This document shows, piece after piece, positions 22,435-34,693 of a stretch of DNA of 64,000 nucleotides. The stretch is from contig ML996690.1 in the NCBI GenBank assembly GCA_010356995.1, forward strand, positions 623,420-687,419. The letters run 5' to 3'. The notes beneath the pieces were generated by a model. The model had not been told where the DNA came from and did not search any database. It saw only the letters and a program-made list of their open reading frames with translations. The translations under genes were made by a program, and so were the position numbers. This stretch comes from Trichodelitschia bisporula (taxonomy: Eukaryota). Numbering within the stretch: the first letter of the stretch is position 1; each line of letters starts with the position of its first letter.

Positions 22435-23860
22435 ATGATGAGAATTCCGCGTGCCCCACGTCAGGCTCGCGCCCCTGTTGTCGAGCGGCGTACCGCGCCT
22501 GCGACGCCGATTCGCAAGGTCTTCAACTGCATCGTTGACGACATAGCCTTGCTCGCTGGTGCGAAGAAAAACACTAGAGATGGAATCAGGAAGTGGGTTA
22601 TGAATGGGAGCGTTCGCCTCTTCATCCCACTGCACAGTAGGCTTGCGGTTGCGTTGCTAGCCAAACTGCCGCTAACTCTGCGTAGCGCTTGAGCGGCTTA
22701 AGCGCCTTCAGAAGCATAACGACCGGGTTGGCACCGATGCGAAGGACGTCCTGTTCTGGCTGGATGACACTACCACAAACCCCGACGAAGTATTGAACCC
22801 GGGGGCAGCCAGCCGTGTTCACCTGCAGGGCGGCTTCGAAGAGTACGCAACTTGGGCGGAGGTTGAGGTCTTCCTCCTGCCGGAGACTCTGCTCTCTCAC
22901 GAATCGGAGATCCTTGATGCACAGCTTTCGGACGGCCTTGCTGATCTTCACCTGGACACATGCTCTGACCACGAATCTGTGAACTCGCGCAGCAGCAACG
23001 AATTGCGCTCGAAATCCCCGTCGTCCCCGACGTCTCTTTATTCTTCCAACAGCCCGGGGACTGTTCACGCAAGCCCTTTCAAGACACCCAAGTCGGGCAA
23101 GCTTATCCAACCGATTGGCACTGGGCGCCCGGTCCACCAAAAGGCCGAAAGCAGTGCGTCATCTTCGTCCGCTGAAACCCAAATACAGACCCCCCAGCAA
23201 TCGGTACCGAATCACCTCAAGCCATTCTTCAACTATATCCTTTGGCGCATCCACCAGGAGGCGAACGCGGATGCAGCGCTTGAGTCGTTCATCCTTATCA
23301 CCAACGACAGCCTGAAGCAGACTATTGCGCAGCGCTTCGGCATCCGCGTCAAGCGTCTTGAGCAGATGCGCAACATCATTGCTCGTGAAGAGCGCGACTA
23401 CAAGAACCGCCTGCAGATGTACACGAAGGAGAGCGAAAAAAGCAAGGTCAAAACGCCCACGCTGCCCCGCCGCCGCCTCTCGCCTCCGCAGACTGTGGAA
23501 AAGCCCGTGGCAGCCGAGAAAGAGCCCGACTCTGACGAAGACGAGGTTGTTCTGACTCGGCAGCCGCCCAAGTCTCCGCAAGCCATGGCTGCTCGCCCTG
23601 TCTGGGATCCCAACACCTTTGCCCGCACCACTCAAGGCGCAACTCCTCGCGGTGGCCGCGGTGGGCTCCATGGGGCGCGAGGCTCGTCACGCGGGACGCC
23701 TCGCGGGCGCGGGCGCGGGCACTACACGCCACAGCCTCAGCAGCAGGCTCCGGCCAAGGCCGTTCCCGCCGACCCTAACCAGCCGATCGACCCCGACTCG
23801 TTCAGTCGGCCTTCTACGCGCACTCGCGGCGGCCAGCGTCGCTTGTGGGAACCGTCTTAA
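22435..23860 (+). CDS. PIN-domain protein with C-terminal RGG and low-complexity tail
   Basis: FNCIVDDIALL, RLFIPLHTLERL (across intron 22637-22685) and FILITND are PIN-like strands; RGGRGG...RGRGRG tail. Confidence 0.7.
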
Positions 23861-25512
23861 GTTGTACGTTTAGCGAGGCACGCCTCGCTACCACAATGCA
23901 CAACACGACATATACGCCGAATCTGACAGCAAGAGCATAGAAGACGTTGGTCTGGCGCGGCATGGCATGGCGACCCTTGATAGTTCGGTGGCGCTGTTCT
24001 TGTTCCGGTGTCTTTCATGATGGCTGGCGTGAGCGCATCAGATGCTCTGGTGGCAGTTAGTCTTGATGACTGGCGTATGATTGGATGGATACCGATTCCC
24101 TGACGGAATAGGTATGGAGCGGTCGACGGTGGTGAGTACGTGCAACGATGGGTGATCAAGACAAAAGAAGATGGCGAGGTGTGCGGTAGCAGTTTCTTCC
24201 GATACTTTTGAGGTGTCTCCTTCAATTTGTTTCTAATTCCTCCATACATTACAGTCCGTGTCTCTGTCCTTGTTTCTGCTGCGTTATCTTGCAATCTTGT
24301 TAGCGCCTAACTGTTGTCTATGTCAAAGTGTAACGAGATGGAGATTAGCAATTGCATTGTCTCTTCCTTGCTTGGAGGTGATGTTCCATTGATCGGGGGG
24401 GGGGGGGGGGGTGTTGGTCATCCCTTCCTTCACTCGACGGGAGGGAAGGCGCAAGTCTCTGGGCTCCTTCTACTGCCGAGTAGAACTAGCTTCGACACTG
24501 ACACGACGATCGGGAAGAGCAGCCCCTTGGGCAGCGCCTTCCTCGCTGCTCCCTCGGTTGCGCAGATTACCTCATCACCCAGGGTCGTTGGGGGGGTATA
24601 AAGCCGCACCGTATGCTCCTTCTCCTCCTTCTCCTTCTCCTCATCATATTCTTCCCCAACATCCTATCACTTCTTCCGCGTCTGTGGGCAGAACACCATG
24701 GTGGTCTCGCTCGCTGCGAGCAGCACCTCAAGTAAAGCTTATTATTCTTCCAAGGGCAGCAAGAAGAACACGAACAAGAACAAGAAAAAGAACAACAACA
24801 TGAAGTCCAACTCTCTCCTCCGTGGAATCTACAGACCGGTATCGTCTGATTGACCTCACGCGCTGCCCCCCGACTGTCTGCTTCCGGTTCAGGGCGCCGT
24901 CGGCCAAAGCTTCCTCAGCTAGAGGTTCTCCACACTTGCGTGTGTATCGACGACATGCCTCGCACGGGAAAGCCAACACAAGGCGCTACCTTCTCCAAGA
25001 AGGCTCTCTGTCCTACTCCATCACTCAAAGCACTGTTCCATCACCAGCTGGACTCTGGGACCAATAGTGCCCCTCCAGGGGGGGCCAGAACCAGTAATCC
25101 GGGCTGGGACCTGGGACCAATACTCCCCTCCTCACCGCTTTCCATCGGTAAGTCATGAAGCTTGCGTCATCTGTACAAGGTTAAGTGTCTGACGGTATAC
25201 AGCGCGATGGCGTTGTTAGCAAGAACGTCCGGTACAAGTGTGGAGGCCCTCAGTTGGTTAGTATGAGATCATAAATCTACATTCATTCTTGCTCCTTCAA
25301 ATGACTGCTCTTGATTTGCTCGTGATGACCATGCCAATGTTGTTGCAACTTGCAGCCACCAAGGGACGCCACAGCAAACTGCACGGACCACTCCACCTCC
25401 GGCTCCCTCGCCAACGGATGTTTGACAACAATGACGACACCCATCGCCAACCCACGCATCCATATCGCAATATCGCTAAGCCACAACTTCCGATGCCAGC
25501 ATAATTAGCGCA

Positions 25513-27902
25513 ATGCCCCAAGCACACTCTCAGCATGCCCGCCTAAAACCCACATCCTTCGCGCGACCAGGCACCGCATCCCCAGCAGCGAAAACACCTC
25601 GCGAGCCACTTGTCTTCCCAAGCACCCATCACCTCTCCATTACAACAAGCGAACATGTTCTCTCCTACGACGGTACGGACCTACGACATATCTTCCACTC
25701 CCCGTCACGAGACATACTCGCCGCCAAAGCCGCCGGCGACGATGCCTACACCCTAGCCGTCGCAGACGCGCAGGTCGTGCGGCTTACGCACGCAGGCGCA
25801 GGAGGGAGAGAAACGTGTGTTCGAGCTAAGGGCGGAGGGGTACATCCGTTTCATCCACAGACTGCTCGGCACAGGAAATGCTAACAGCTCAGCCAACACC
25901 CCGCCTCCTAACGTTCTCCGATCAAACACTGTACTTCACCACGACAATCACGCCTTCAGTTCAAGCCTACCACATCCCCTCGCAGACCCTTCTCCCCTCG
26001 GGCCCAGCGCTTCCTTCACAACCCGCTCTCCTCGCTCTCTCGTCATCGGCGCACATCCTGCTCTCGGCGTCGGCTACCCCGCCTACTATAAGCCTGCAGA
26101 ACAGGACTACAAACGCCCCGCCCACATTCCTCACCCCCGCCACCTCATCCGCCCCCGCTGTCGCCGCAGCCTTCCATCCTTCGAGACCGGATATCTTCGC
26201 GCTTGCCTTCGCCGACGGGAGTGTATGCGCGTACGACGCGGCGCGTGTCTCGCGGGGCGCGCGCGGAGCCACAAGCCGCACCGGCGAACTCGGTTCCTTC
26301 ACGAAGCTCCATGCCGCAGCGCATGCCGCCACAGGATTGCCGAGCGTTTCCCTCTCCTGGCTACCGGGCTTCAAAGCCCGCGCCGTGAGCGTGGGGCTAG
26401 ATGGCCGCGCACACGTCTTGGATTTTGAAACTAAGAGCGTGGTGCGCAGCTGGCATGTCCGCGGCCCGGCGACGTGTGTGGCTGCGGCGAGGGGGTGTGT
26501 TGCGGTAGGACGGGCGGATGGACGGGTGGGCATTTGGGATTTTGCGGGGAGGGGGGTGGGGGATGTGTGGGCTGATGAGGGCGCGGGGCAGGTGCTAGGG
26601 GTGGAGTGGATTCAGGGGCCAGCGCCGAGACAGGTTGTGAGGGGGGAGAGAGGGGTGGATGTTGATATTTGGGAGGAGGGGGGGAGTGTTAGGAGCCGGG
26701 TTAGTGAGGCGGCGGAGGAGGAGGGGCAACCGGTTGGTGACGCAGCGGACGGGGATGCCGCGGCTGACGATGATGAGGCCGATGCCACGGTCCGCCGGCG
26801 GCACGGGCACAAGCACGAGCATCTCCACCTTGCCCCCGACCCCACAGGCTACATGGACCTCTTCTCCCCGCCCAAACCCGCACACCACCACCACCACCAC
26901 AACCAGCCTCCATCCCCAAGAAAACCCCTCTACCGCCCACGCCTTGAGCCCGACACCTTCAAGCGCCTAGCTCACACGGGCCTCAAAGTCGCAGAAGCGG
27001 TCGGCGAGGCCGTGCGCTCACCGCTGGGCAAGGCGGCGCTGCATGCCGCGGAGGGAGTCCCGGGGGTAGGCGTCGGTGTTGCGTTGGGCGAAGTGCTGGT
27101 TGAGGGGGTTAAGGTGGGCGTTGAGGCGATTGAGAAGGTCACGGAGGAAGTCAAGGATACGGTGGATGAGGGGAAGAGGCAGGGGGTGAAGGTGGCGCAG
27201 GCGTTCGAGCCTCCCGCTAATGCACGGCTCTTGGCTGATATGAAGCGCCTCGGGGCGCAGAGTGGACTGGAGCCGTATGCAAGACGGGGGGCGAGTACGA
27301 GCTCGTCGCTTAGCCCGGGGGTGGCGGCGCCGAAGGTCACAGCAAGTACACCCAAGAAACCGACGAAGGCACGGACGCCCCACCGCGGGACCCACGACCG
27401 GGAACGGGATGAGAAGAGGGAGAGTCTGGGTAGCAGCACCCGCGCCGTCCTCGGCGTGCGGCATCACAAACACACCAACGCAGCCACGCCCGCAAGACAT
27501 GCCTCCGCTGCGGCGGGCACTCCCGCAAAGGAGGATATATGGCTTGCGTCGCCGTCGCCTGTGAAAGATGGGCACCTGCATCGGCATCGGCTTAAGCCTG
27601 GCGCGCGGGCTACGGAGCCGTCGCCGCGGGCTCCGCGGGTGGCTACAATGCCTGCGAGTCCGTCGACGGAGGGTCAGGGCAGGCGGCGGCTCAGGCCTGG
27701 CGAGGCGGAGAGTTTCGTTGGGCCTGTGAGTGTGGGAGAGTACTTGCCGCGGCGGGGGAGTTTGGCGGTTAAGCCTGGGGGCAAGGCGGTAAGAGGAGAG
27801 TGCCCTTGTTGTCCGGCGTTGAGGGCTGAGGTGGAGCGGTTGAAGCAGGAGGTTGCTAGGCTAAAGGTGCAGGTTGGGCGGGAGCCGATGTGTTCGCCTT
27901 GA
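25513..27902 (+). CDS. WD40-like repeat protein with disordered middle and C-terminal coiled coil
   Basis: Exon 25513-25839 joins 25893-27902 in phase 0 (GTACAT..GCTAAC..CAG). WD-like blades AFHPSRPDIFALAFADGSVCAYD and VAVGRADGRVGIWD; tail LRAEVERLKQEVARLK. Confidence 0.72.
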
Positions 27903-28062
27903 GGTGGGTATTCTTTGGAGTTAAAGGAAGGGAGGGAAAGGGGAGTTCACTGCATAGCGCGGCACTGGGGATTGGGTATATCACCGTTATCAAGTCTATG
28001 TTCATATGTCCATTCGCCTGAGATCCATTCCTTAAGATCTAACCTCGCGTAAGCGAACGACC

Positions 28063-29885
28063 CTAGCCCCGCATAAACATCCGATAAACCTCATTCTCCG
28101 TCTCCTCGCAATACGGATACGCAATCTTCTTCAAAAAGTCCTCCAGCAGGCCCTCCTCGCCTGGCGGGCACTGAATACCCGCAAGAACGCGCCCAACATC
28201 GCCGCCATAATTCCTGTAGTGGAAAAGGGAGATATTAAACCCCGGCTGCAGCGTAGTCAAGAAGCGATACAGCGCGCCCACACGCTCCGGGAACTCAAAC
28301 GAAAACAACCGCTCGTGCGGCACGTCCGAGCGGCCGCCGACCAGGAAACGCAGGTGCGTCTTCGAGAGCTCATCGGTACTCAAGTCGCGCGGGGCGTAAC
28401 CCTCGGTCTCGAGCCGCTCCACCAGCGCAGCGAGATCGGCGTCGCGCGTCATCGCGGCGGCAAACTCAACGCTGACGAGGATGTGCGCGGAGTCCGGGTT
28501 GGCGTAGCGGTAGCAGAATTCCGTGATCGCGTGCGGGTGGATGGTGTCGATGAGCGCGGCAAAGGCGCCGGGCCGCTCGGGGATGGTGACGCTGAGGAGG
28601 GCTTCTTTTTTCTCGCCGAGGGCGGCGCGCTGTGCTACGAAACGCAGGCGATCGAAGTTCATATTCGCGCCGGAAGCGATAGCCACGAGCCCGCGGTTAC
28701 GGTTCGAGGACGGGTACGCCACGACGTATTTCTTGAGGCCGGCGAGGGCGAGGGCGCCGGCGGGCTCGAGGATGGAGCGCGTGTCTTCGAAGACGTCCTT
28801 TATAGCAGCGCAGGTCTCGTCGGTAGACACGAGGATAATGTCGTCGACGACTTCCTGGCACAAACGGAACGTTTCCTCGCCGACAGTCTTGACAGCCGCG
28901 CCGTCAGCGAACAGGCCCACATCCTTGAGCACGACGCGCTCCTTAGCCGCCAGGCTCTGCACCATGGCATTGGCGTCGTGTGTCTCCACGCCGATGATCT
29001 TGACGTGCGGCGCTATCCGCTTGATATAAACGCCGATGCCGGCGATTAGGCCGCCGCCGCCGACGCAGCAGAAGATGGCTTCGAGCTCATCGAGGTTCGT
29101 CTGCCGCAGGATTTCCATGCCGATCGTGCCCTGCCCCGCGATCACGTACGGGTCGTCGAAAGGCGGGATCTGGTGCAGGCCGTGCAGCTTCTCCAGTCGG
29201 TGCGCCTCGGCTTTGGCGGCGTCGAAGTCCGCCCCGAAAAGCACGACTGAGCTGCCTAGCCGCGATACGTTGGTGTGCTTGATTGCCGGCGTTCCGGTGG
29301 GCATGACGATGGTCGCCGGGATCTTGAGCTTGCGCGCCGAGTATGCTACGCCTTGTGCGTGGTTGCCTGCGCCCGTTAACATGTTATCGCCGAGTCAATC
29401 ACAAGTCGGCTACCTGCGGAGCACGCAATGACGCCCTTCCACCGCTCCGCGCGACTGATATGCGCCATCTTATTATACGCGCCGCGCAGCTTGAAGCTAA
29501 ACACGGGCTGCAAGTCCTCGCGCTTGAGCAGGACATTGCACTCGAGGCGATTGCTCAGGTTGGTGGCGTGGGTGAGGGGCGTCTCCTGGACGACGTCGTA
29601 GACGCGCGACGTCAGGATCAGGCGCAGGTACTACCATTGCCAGTCAGCCGGCGGATGGGGCGGCAGCGGGGAGAGCGGCTGGTGCTATACATCTGGGTAG
29701 CCCGTGGGGAGCAGAAAGTCTGGCGGAACGGACTGTGACTTTGGGGTTGCGGCTTCGTTGGGCGGGGTGGGGTTCGCAGTGTACTCGGTCATTGCGAGGC
29801 TGCTGATGGTGGGCGTGCGCGGCGTCTGCACGCCGCTGTACAACCCATTGGTTATTTGCGATTCGGGCGTGTGAGGGCGCGACAT
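28063..29885 (-). CDS. ILV1: Biosynthetic threonine dehydratase
   Basis: [16 protein letters not shown] (PLP lysine), [48 protein letters not shown]; two introns near 29630-29691 and 29366-29413. Confidence 0.96.
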
Positions 29886-30628
29886 TGTGAGGGATGGAGT
29901 GGAATAGGAGGGGAGGGATGGTGGTGGAGATGCGACTCTATCACCAAAGCGATAGAGTCAGAGAGATTGTGGACCATCCAAAATTATTTTGGTGGCGACA
30001 TCGGAGGCTGGCGCCGCCAAGTCCAGACTATGTCGACACGGTCTACCATCCTTACCTCACATCGACTCTTCTGTAGACATCACCGTCTTACGCTCTCCGC
30101 TTCATACCCTAGCCTCCTACATGCCCGTAACTACCGGTAGAAGCTGCAAAGCTAGCACGGCAGGCTAGCTAGCCAGATGCAATTCATCTGCTAGTGACAG
30201 CCCGAGATGGTCAACAACGTGCCGTCAGCCAGTTGGTAGCGGTCGCAATGGGTGCGTTTATCTGCACTGCCGTAGAGTATGCTATGTACACGTTATACGC
30301 TGGACTTCATACTCACCATCCGTCGTTAAAGCCGATGGTCCTCGGGCTTGCGTTCGGCGTTTAGTCTTTGAGCACCATCATTATCGCCGTTCCCGTTGCC
30401 TGGGACCAAGCTCCTAGAGCTGGAATGCGGCCGAATCGTTTGCAAAGAGGGGAGAGAACACTCTCATACCGCTTGACCGGATCCAACCCTCCAGCCATAT
30501 GAATAGCTTTGTACACTGATACAGTTTCAGAAGCAATGCAGTAACTGCAAAGACACTACAAAGGTTTAAGTATTGGCACGAGATGGCGGCCTCACCAGCC
30601 CTGTGCATCATAGATCGCGAGGCTTAGA

Positions 30629-30648
30629 AATGTCAGCGCTGCGATTGG
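30629..30648 (-). promoter_or_regulatory. Candidate CBC/HapX bipartite site (CCAAT-N12-RWT containing TGAC)
   Basis: Minus strand reads CCAAT-CGCAGCGCTGAC-ATT, ~290 bp upstream of the CCC1-like ATG. Confidence 0.55.
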
Positions 30649-30933
30649 CTGTGGCAATCTGATGCTCTTCCATCAGATACTCCACCGTCCAAGACTGCCA
30701 TAGAAACCTTGAATACAAAAGGACAAGACCTTCTTTGACTGGTGCGACATTGCTACCCATCGGTCAAAACCCCTCTCGGCGATAACCCAAACATTAACAC
30801 TACCTCACCTCTTTCGCCTTGGCACCCACAGCTACAACAGTATACTTCGCGTACCATTGTTGAGCGTCTACTTTCAAAGCTATCTCTTCGTCATCGCCGT
30901 CACCCCCCCCAGTTACCACTCTAAGTCCTCAAC

Positions 30934-31828
30934 ATGGAGTGTCAATCTATCAGCATTCAGGCTTCGCAGAAAGTCGACTACGGCACTGCCTCTCATCCTG
31001 AAGACGGGAACTCCACCCCGGGACAGTGTCAGCGTACCCCGCCAAAGCACAGTGAATATCTGCGGGATGCTATCATCGGCTTTGCTGATGGACTCACTGT
31101 TCCCTTTGCCGTAACGGCTGGACTCACTGCGTAAGTCAGCTGGTTTAATCCGAATTCAGCTCTAACATTTCGTAGCATGGGATCTTCCAAAGTGGTCATC
31201 ATCGGCGGCTTGGCAGAGCTCGTGGGCGGGTGCATCTCGATGGGCCTCGGCGCTTGGTTGGGGACGGCGAGTGACGCAAAGTCCTATGAGGTTGAGGAAA
31301 ACAAGGTCGAGAATGAGTACCTAGAGACGCCCAGTTCCGTTGAGCACGCTCTCTTGGAAGTCTTCAGCAAGTATGGGATGTCGCCGCTGTGCGCCCGCCC
31401 TGCTGTCCATGAGTTAATGCAGAACGAGCGCCATGTGGTCAACGTAAGGCTCTAACATTCCGTATCTTACCCCTTACTGATACTCCCAGTTCCTGATGTC
31501 CGCGGAAAAGAACCTAGCGAAGCCTGATCCCTCTAAAGCCTGGATTTCAGCACTGGTCATGGGCTTTGCCTACTTCTTCGGCGGCCTGACACCCATGCTT
31601 CCTTACTTTTTCGTCCACATAGTCGAGGAAGCCTTGCTCATCAGTACCGTTATTACGGCCGTCATTCTCCTGGGCTTTGGGTATTCCAAAGCCATTCTCA
31701 TCGGGGTCAGAGGCCGCGGCGCATACATCTCGGCTCTACAGACGCTGTGCGTGGGCGGGTTGGCCGCTGGGGTCAGCTTCGGGTTGATGCGTGCCATTAA
31801 CCACAAGCTGGAGATGAGCAAAAGCTAG
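30934..31828 (+). CDS. CCC1: VIT1/CCC1 vacuolar iron/manganese transporter
   Basis: LRDAIIGFADGLTVPFAVTAGL, GGLAELVGGCISMGLG, YFFGGLTPMLPYFF; introns 31131-31175 and 31444-31489. Start codon uncertain. Confidence 0.9.
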
Positions 31829-32318
31829 TTCGCAACTGGATTCAACATGGCGTTTCGGTAGGCGGCTCGGTGTGGCTATCTCTTACAGAGCATGATTTGA
31901 AAAGCGCGGCGTTGGTGCTCTATGGTGGAACATGTATGCTAGGACCGGATATTGTTCGGCTTCTGTCGGTTTCGACGCGCGTACGGGGTGTCACGAAGAT
32001 TCCAGTTCTGTACGAGCATTCTGTGCGGTACGGTCTCGAGGGGTCACACAAATGTTCATCCTGCATGGCTCTGACGCTGATGGTACAAAACTGAATAAAA
32101 ATCTCAAATATTGACCATACTACGAAGTGCTGAAGGAGGATAGAATGGGTTTAAGAAAGCGATGAGTTCAAAAGCGGGCACCTGCAAGGCTGAAACGGTT
32201 CTTACCAAAAGGGAGAGGATGGCGGAGTGGGGAAACATTTCCCCAGCAGTTTGGCGTGCATGTGTCGTTCTTGTCGACGCCAACATCCACAACTCTGGCT
32301 ACATCTTCACTCCCAGCC

Positions 32319-34071
32319 ATGCCCGACGCACCCGAAGCAAAGAACGCGGGCGAATCGCCTAATGCGAATGCCGCCCATGCCTATGGGGCCGCCAAACATC
32401 CCCCGCCCGACAGCTGGGAGAATATTCTTACGCGACGACTTGTCCTCTTTTCCTTCTGGGCCGTTATTCTCTTTCTAGGTCTGCCAATATGGTGGAAGAC
32501 CACGACAATCTACCGTGCGCCGCTGCCGCTGCACCAGATGCAGGACTGGGCGGATGGAAAGGTAGAGCGCCTCTGTCCAATTATCCTGCTGAAGCTCACG
32601 GTGCGCACAGGTCTGCCGTCTCACCTTTCCGCTGCGCATAGCGGTCGAAGCTCCCTCGCTGCCGTCGCAAGAAGCCCAGCACCTCCTTCGCACGACACAA
32701 CACGCCTTAGACGACTTGAATGACTTCTCCGCACACCATCTGCGTCTGTTGCTGTCGGAGCGGCCTCAGAGCGGACAGCCTGGTTTGGACCAGAGCACAG
32801 AGAACCTCACCGTTGATGGGCTGCAGCCAAAAGAGGACATTGCACTCTTTATACGCCTCTTCCCCGGCGAGAGCGGCACAACGCCGCGGGCAGACTTGCA
32901 TCCTTATTCTCCCACACTCGACATCTTTTACTCGTCAAACCAAATCCCCTCTTCGTCGTCAACTGTCTCCCCGCTTGCGACATTCATTGCAACCGAGCTG
33001 CAGGCGATCTTCAACGAAGAGCAGGCAGCACTGTCATATTTATTATCGTCGACTTCCTGGCACCCCAGCCATACCAAGTTGATGTCTCCCGAGCTTGCGG
33101 AAACGCTTTCGCGCCGCAAGACGCGGTCATTCAAGTACGCTCCCACGTACCATTTGACCTTCTCGCTCTTCACGCCCACGGCAGTTCCGTCGGACTGGGA
33201 GATTGAAGCTGCATTGGACGAATACATGTCGCCGCTACTGGAGTCGCTTTCTTCAATCAGCAATTTCACTGTTGACACCCAGACACAGTTCTACGCCGGC
33301 TTCTCGCCGTCTATTTCGGGCCCGGAGTACAATGAGGAGAAGCAGGCGTGGGTGCTCCAGAAGTCGGATCTTGGTGGCTTCATCAATGCTGCCGAGTGGC
33401 CGCTGAGTCCAAGCATAGGAGCTGGACCAACCATCAACTTCATTCTTTATGTTCCGTCGGAGCATCAGACGCCCCTTCTGGTTGCGGACAACGGCGGCAG
33501 CAGCTGGCTGATCCCTCAATGGGGCGGTGTCCAGATTCTCAACATAAACGGCGCGGATGGCTCGTCTGTTCCCGGTGTGCTGACGAAGGATGATCTCCGT
33601 CCCGCCATGCAGACCTTTTCATACCAGCTTCTTTCGCTGCTGGGTCTGCCGCAGTCTCCGAATTCACTCCCTCTTCGCATCTCCACCCTGACGCGCGTTC
33701 ACTCGGCATCGCTCATCTTTTCCGCTTCGTCGACCCTCGGAGCCCTCGCGCGCCTCACCGAGACGCTGCCCTCGATCTCGATCCCGAAAAAGGTGGCGCA
33801 GTCGGTACAGCAGACTACCAAGCATCTTCAGCAGGCATGCACGAGCCTGCGCGAAGGTCGCTTCCACGCCGCGCTTGAGAACGCCCGCATCGCCGAAGCG
33901 GAAGCCGAGCATGCCTTCTTCGAGCCGTCCATGGTTGGGCAGGTGTACTTCCCCGACGAGCACAAGGTGGCTGTGTATCTACCGCTGCTGGGGACGGTGT
34001 CGGTGCCGCTGGTCATGGCGGTGGTCAAGGAGTACCGAAGCTACCGCGAGGCAAGGAAGAGGGCATCTTGA
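32319..34071 (+). CDS. GPI17: GPI transamidase subunit PIG-S
   Basis: LGLPIWWKTTTIYRAPLP, GFINAAEWPL, WLIPQWGGV, AFFEPSMVGQVYFPDEHKVAVYLPLLG; intron 32562-32610. Confidence 0.95.
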
Positions 34072-34693
34072 GATGCTCTGCCGCTTCTGCGTTTGACGGT
34101 GTGCTAATTGTCATGCGCACTGCAGGATCATTCCGAACCCGAGTTCCTGCGAATGCTGCGACGTCTCGAGGATGAGTGGTGGTGACGATGCCTTTGAGGC
34201 GGGGGTGAGCTTTCCCCGCGCCAAGGGTGGGGGTCCGGGGGCGGGCCTTTTTGGACTTCAGGCCGCCCCGATTTTCGTCAATAGTCTTCGTGCAGCACCA
34301 ATGGCTGCATACACAGTACTCACCGCAGGGCAACTGCAGCGGCTCCGAGGTATGCACATGTTGTGCCACCCGTACGCCCGATGCGGCCGCGAACGCGCGC
34401 CCCCCCCCCCCCGCTCACTATCGGGCCCCGACAGCCGAGACGGCGCAACCCCGCTTGAGGCGTCGTCGGCAATAACTCTCGTTCCTCAGTCCATTAGTCT
34501 GACGATATCGCGGGCCTTGCAGATGGCGCCATGGGAATGCGCAATTGCCAAGCGGGGTAATGGCGGGGAAGGAGGACTGGACAATGGTGCTACGTAGTAC
34601 CGGTGGAGGTGGGGAACGAATGTATAAAGGCCGGAACACAGCCGTATTTCTGCCTCTTTTGCGTCCCAGTGTTAATCCGTGATCGTACCAGCC

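Noticed and set aside
24395..24411. G17 homopolymer (also C-run at ~34400)
   Set aside because: Simple homopolymers with no associated structure; lengths may be unreliable.
28219..29049. 276-aa antisense ORF over ILV1
   Set aside because: Shadow of a conserved, codon-biased gene.
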